From Klebsormidium nitens (taxonomy: Eukaryota; Plantae; Klebsormidiophyceae): a stretch of 64,000 nt of DNA. The DNA lies in the NCBI GenBank assembly GCA_000708835.1, contig DF237115.1:1-64000 (forward strand), read 5' to 3'. A program made the translations under genes and the position numbers. Position 1 is the stretch's first letter; every line of letters begins with the position of its first letter. The notes under the pieces are model-generated. The model did no database searches. It was not told the DNA's origin and saw only the letters and a program-made list of their open reading frames with translations. Below are positions 59,335 to 64,000 of this stretch, one piece after another.

Positions 59335-61465
59335 ACTCTGCACATGACTTAGTGTCGACGATTGATTACGCTCAAATTGCTAGGAACATTTGCACAGCCA
59401 CCGATGTCGATGTAGCTTTCTAAGGGCTTTAGTTGTGACCTGCTGAAACAGTGCGCCCTCGTTTGGCACACCAAGTTCGCACAGTGTGCAAGAATGTAGG
59501 AAGTCATGGACGTGGTCGGGTGGACATGTTCATCTTTGTGTAAGGAGGAATCCCAATTCAATGAATGCCATACATCTACCAGTCTAGCATTCAATCCAAT
59601 GACTAGGTTGGCAGGAGCCATGCAGTGATGGATCACGGTATGCATACGTTTTGGACAACACATGAATGATTAGAGGATGGTTTTTGGCATTGGCAAGCTA
59701 TTGATAGGTACGGATTCTTATCAGATGGTGGGCCGCGCGCATGTCCACAGAACAAGGCGGTTCTCTAGCACGTTGCATGACTATGTTGTTTGCAGTTGGT
59801 TTTTGAACCCCTAGTTAAATGTTGCCGTGTTCGGATTGAGGGCTCGACCCTTGCATGAGCACGGTACCTAACCAGTTTCAGGGGGCCTCCGCCAAGAGGT
59901 AGGGTGCACTCGAACCAGATTCCATTGAATGTACAAGCATGGGGGCAAGGTGAATTGGCACCGGATGTTGACGTCGTACGTCGAGGGAAGGGCCGCCTGG
60001 ATTGGGTCTACCATCGGCCGTGAATCCTGAGTTTGTATGTCATCGGACGGCTTGAATGGTCTCTATTACTTCACCGGCCTGCCGTTTTAATAGCCGTCGG
60101 ATGACCGTTTTGGATCCATGAGCAAACTCTCGACTCGAGAGCTACCCAGTCCGGTCTGCGCAACCAGGCGAGTCGCGGTACGGTACCAGGTACGGTTCTT
60201 CATGACGTAGTAGCGACCTTGAACGAAAAAGATTCTTTTTAGATTCCGGAATCTTGCGATGAGTGTCAGAGGTTACAAAAGAAGAGTGCAAGCTTTCAAT
60301 CGCCAGCTCATAGCCCACCTTTAAAGGCTCCTGGATAATAGACGGCTTAGATGAGGTTTGAATTACAAGTTTCGTTGTTCGCCACAGATTCAAGCATGCA
60401 GAAAATCTAAATCACAGCGGGGGTTTCGCGTAGGCGACCAAAACTCTTTCTTCTCCAGCCCTCTCCGATGAAATCTGCCATCATTAAAACCAATGATAAG
60501 CTGTCGACTATGTCGACATAAGTACCGGATCTGACCCGGTACGTGAATTAAGCACGGTAGGCCGCTCGAGCTTTAGACTACTAGGAGGGCCCTGAGTTGG
60601 AGTGAAGTGACGTCGGCTCGTCAAGACGTCAAGACAAGACACGGGCTTGATTCAATAGGTATTTATCAAGAAGGATGACACTATCAGGCTACGACCCTGG
60701 GCTGTGCAGCTCAACAGATTTGCTCATACCGGCTGCCTGGTTTCAATTGGCATTTGCAAAGGATCTTTTCAGCTGACCTCAGGGCAAAAGGAGCTAGCTC
60801 CATTTCAGTGATCAGGTGAGCGCACCTTTCGTCCTGTCCAGCTAGGTGCTTGGAAGGTGATGGTGTATGATCTGTCCTCTCTTTCACTGTGCTGCATTCA
60901 ATGCGGAAGTTATGGCGGTGGGGTGTAGCATCAAACCTTTTCTTGCATTTGCAAGTCATTTGACTGACGGGGTCATTTCTGCTGTGTCCTTTGCTTCTGA
61001 GCTGTCTTCGTGAGTAAGAACTTAAATCTTCTTCCGCTGCGCGTCTCTGGCTTCCTCTGCTTTTCGTGCGGCATATCTACAATGTGTCCAATTTGCAAGC
61101 TCATAAGACAGTCACATTCGCTCATAGTCAGGTATAGTCCTATCGGAAGCTACCCTTTCTTATTCTTGTGCTTGACAATGCTGGTGGGACACGGGGACCG
61201 GCTCGCTCATGAAACAAAGTGTCCGACTGCAATGCTGCCTCTTACCATGCAATGCAAAGATCTTCTTGACCAAGGCAGACTGCCTCGAATCAAAAGGAGA
61301 AAGTGCCCCCATCGGTGGAGGGCGTTGCAGAAGACTTCGAAATCGCACAGCGCTCCCTCCCCTTCACACCAGCACTCAGCACTAGTCCCCACATGCAGCC
61401 AGCCTCCGTTCTTCCCTCCGTTCTTCCCAGGACTCATCTTTCGCCCGTCTGTCTTGTACAGAGCA

Positions 61466-63354
61466 ATGGCGGCCTCTCGCGCCCTCGTCTCCCTCGTCCT
61501 AGTTGCCAGCTGCGCCTTGGCAGCGGCCGCCCCTGCCACTGTGGTCAGCCAGAAGACTTACTTCCAGCCCCTGGGGAGGGCCATCTTCGGAGACCCGTCG
61601 GCGCCCGGCCCCTGTTCTAACGCCACTGGCCAGAACTACCTGGACATTGACCTTGCCCCTGGAAGCGGTGCCTTTGTCATTGGTAAGTTTGTCTTCCGCT
61701 GAAAGGGCAGCAATGTCTTTGTTATTGGCAGGTTTGTCTTCTGCTCTGAGGGCAGTGGTGCTCTTGTTGGTGGTAGATTCGGTCTTCTGCTCCTAAAGCA
61801 CAACAATAAGCACACTCTTTGCTGGCTTAAGCTAAAACCTGAGAGGCGCCTCTTCAGCCCGAGGAAGACTGAACCTCAAACTGCGTAAAAGCACGTCCCT
61901 TGCTGGGTTGCCTGAAGCCCTGCAACACCTCCCTAGTTTGAGGAAGACAATCTTCAAATTTGTGATGATAATAATAGTGTGGCACGTTAAAGAGAAGATC
62001 TTCTTAAGCAGAACAGTAGATGTACAATTCAGCGGTAATGACGGCTTACTTGAACATGCCAGCATGCTGCAAGTTGCGTGAGCCCAATGTTCTCCTCGGT
62101 CTTCGCTGCGCCAGAACCTAAGAGAGCCCCATGCCATTCCAAGCAGCTCAAGAAATAATGCTGAAGGCCACACCGGCCGGAAGACTGTTGTTTGACCTGA
62201 TAGGACATGCTAAGTCGTGCATGTACTGCAATCTTCTTACAGACCTAGAAAATGAGTCTTGATCGTGCTAAGGCCCAGGGCAGTCAGGGTTGCCGCCAAG
62301 AATGCAACAATGTAGGGTCACTGCCTCCCAGAATCAACTCTTGCATCACCGCAGTATTTTGCACTGCAACTCCTCGATGAATGGAACTCCAACCGTCTCA
62401 AGGGCAGTCAGGATATCCGCTGATAATCTAACAGTGTAGGGTCACTACTTCCCGGAGTCAGCCACATTCTTTTGCACGTCAGCTGTTGCAACATTGCCTG
62501 GTCTTCTCTTCAGGTGACAACCTGTGGACCATCACTGATAGAGGCGCCAACTTGGACTGCCAGGGTGGCAACGCCCCTGGAGGTGGGTCATCTTAACGCT
62601 GGAGAGGGCCTTTTTCTTGTGTCTGAGCTCAAACCTGTTCTTGTGTTCTGCCTGAGAAGAGGGCCCTGTGGCAAGCCACAGCTCAATCGCCCAACTCTGA
62701 AGTAACCATGCTCTGAGCAGTTTGCACTTCATGCGTCTGGCGCTTTTGGGCACCACAGTGCCGACCGTCTTTGAGCCAACCAGAACAGCGTTTCTGCTGT
62801 CGTCAAATTGTACATCTGGTGGAGTCTGAGTCGGCTGCTTCTGATCTGCTGCCTTGGCGCACGCACCTGTTCCTTTGAAGTAGTTTCCTATGTTGAGTCA
62901 GGTCATGGCTCAGGGGCGGGTTAGGTTGGTTTGGGGGTTTAGGGCATGGAGCATTTAACCTTGGGTTTGAAGGTTTTCGTATGTTTGAGCGCAGGGATAT
63001 GTTTCTAACTCAACATAGGCCTAACTCAAGGTAAATGTAGGCGTGACTTTCTAGATGGAAGTGCTGGCTTGCCTCCTTTCAGAGTTTACCTGGATCTGAT
63101 CCAAAAGCCAGTCACCTGGCATGCCCTGCTTTGAGGAGCATCTTTGCTGGCGGGCGTAGAAAGCTGCCCCAACGGAGTCCACCAACTTTTGTTGCTATAC
63201 CTAGTTGAGACTAATCTCCCTTGTTTTCACAGGTGCTGCTGGCACCACCCTGTCCGCCGCGTGCCAAGCCACCAACACGGCGTGCACGGGGCCTGGCAAG
63301 GTGTTCCCGCTGCCCGGCTTTGCGCCCACCATTCAGCGGTGGAAGCTGCCCGAT
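61466..63354 (+). CDS. Secreted esterase-like/phytase-like protein (PF13449-type); first 3 exons, gene continues beyond the window
   Basis: Exons 61466-61682, 62514-62582 and 63233-63354 are in frame, ending at a GTAAGT donor. Signal peptide MAASRALVSLVLVASCALAAA. Motifs LWTITDRGANLDC and GKVFPLPGFAPTI resemble the bacterial phytase-like family as I recall it. Confidence 0.7.
61670..61800 (+). repeat. Three roughly 45-bp units duplicating the exon 1 donor of the phytase-like gene
   Basis: cctttgtcattg|gtaagtttgtcttccgc, gtctttgttattg|gcaggtttgtcttctgc and gctcttgttggtg|gtagattcggtcttctgc. Confidence 0.75.
62274..62480 (+). repeat. About 125-bp degenerate intron-tail duplication before exon 2 of the phytase-like gene
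   Basis: agggcagtcagg...tgtagggtcact.c.tccc.ga.tca...ttttgcac occurs at about 62276-62364 and 62401-62478. Confidence 0.75.
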
Positions 63355-64000
63355 GTAAGTGTGCCGCGGTCGCGTAAAACCTGTTCCTTCTTGGCTCTCA
63401 AGCCACGGCATTGCACACATTTCACTCTTCTGTACGTGTCTGGTCTTTGGGACATATTTGCTCTTCAACTGAAAGTATTTTGATAACCAGGTCTTGTGGG
63501 GAACAGGGGAGAAACGCGAAGAACATGGGGTCACGTTTAGTGTTTCCATGAGAGTGGATTGCAGCGAGAGAATGTTTGCTGCGACCTCTTGCTGCTAGAA
63601 GGATTGAAAACGCGCAGGCACTGGATGCGGGCTGATTAGCAGCTCCTTAGCAGAACAGAAGGCAGCCTCTTGATGGGACTACATTATTGCCGGTTGCATG
63701 CGCTCAATAGTTATGCAGTCAGATATAAGCCCTAGCTGAGCTATGTTTTCAGTGGTTGCCATTTCCTTCCTCTAGAAAAGGAAAAAGCATGGTCCCCAGA
63801 TTGCTTTTCCAAGCATGGCTGAAGTCCCTGGACAGCTTGTCTTTCCTTTTTGGAATTTTCTTTCGACCCATTCCAACAATTGAGAAACTCAAGAAAGATA
63901 AGCATAATATCAAGATCTTACTGATTCAAGAAACACCACTCCAAACAGTACCTGTTCCGCACCCCTTACCCCCCCAACCGGCACCCTCCAACCCCCCGCA

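Noticed and set aside
1-64000. TTG/GTG-initiated ORF starts and operon-style interpretation from the ORF track
   Set aside because: Genes are split by spliceosomal GT-AG introns and have eukaryotic orthologues, so non-ATG starts in the track were moved to in-frame ATGs.

Overview
This is eukaryotic nuclear DNA, not a prokaryotic locus. Most entries in the ORF track are exon fragments or shadow ORFs, and genes only make sense after joining GT-AG introns. The plant-type gene set (CRR9-like, plant QCR8, PGPP1, a PF10250 O-fucosyltransferase, plant-like mS35), the moderate GC content and the GC3-rich internal exons point to a streptophyte green alga, most likely Klebsormidium-like (inference). 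I assembled 13 protein-coding gene models by hand with consistent intron phases: CRR9-like, a membrane-anchored SAM methyltransferase, Mpv17/PMP22, QCR8, a TPR+SGNH-hydrolase protein, an intronless F-box/ARM protein, PGPP1, a large RING-H2 E3 ligase, a small membrane protein, an O-fucosyltransferase-family protein, PTGES2-like, mS35 and a partial phytase-like secreted protein. I also found three kinds of small non-autonomous elements: a hAT-type MITE with 8-bp TSD, a TA-flanked Tc1/mariner-type MITE, and a two-copy fold-back element with a telomere-like core. No rRNA, tRNA or CRISPR array was recognised. The most unusual signal is that at nine splice junctions in five genes the introns hold 1-4 degenerate tandem copies ('echoes') of the adjacent exon end plus its splice site. 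In several of them the differences from the functional exon fall mostly on third codon positions, which neutral intron decay would not predict. All alignments and gene models were done by eye, with no database searches.
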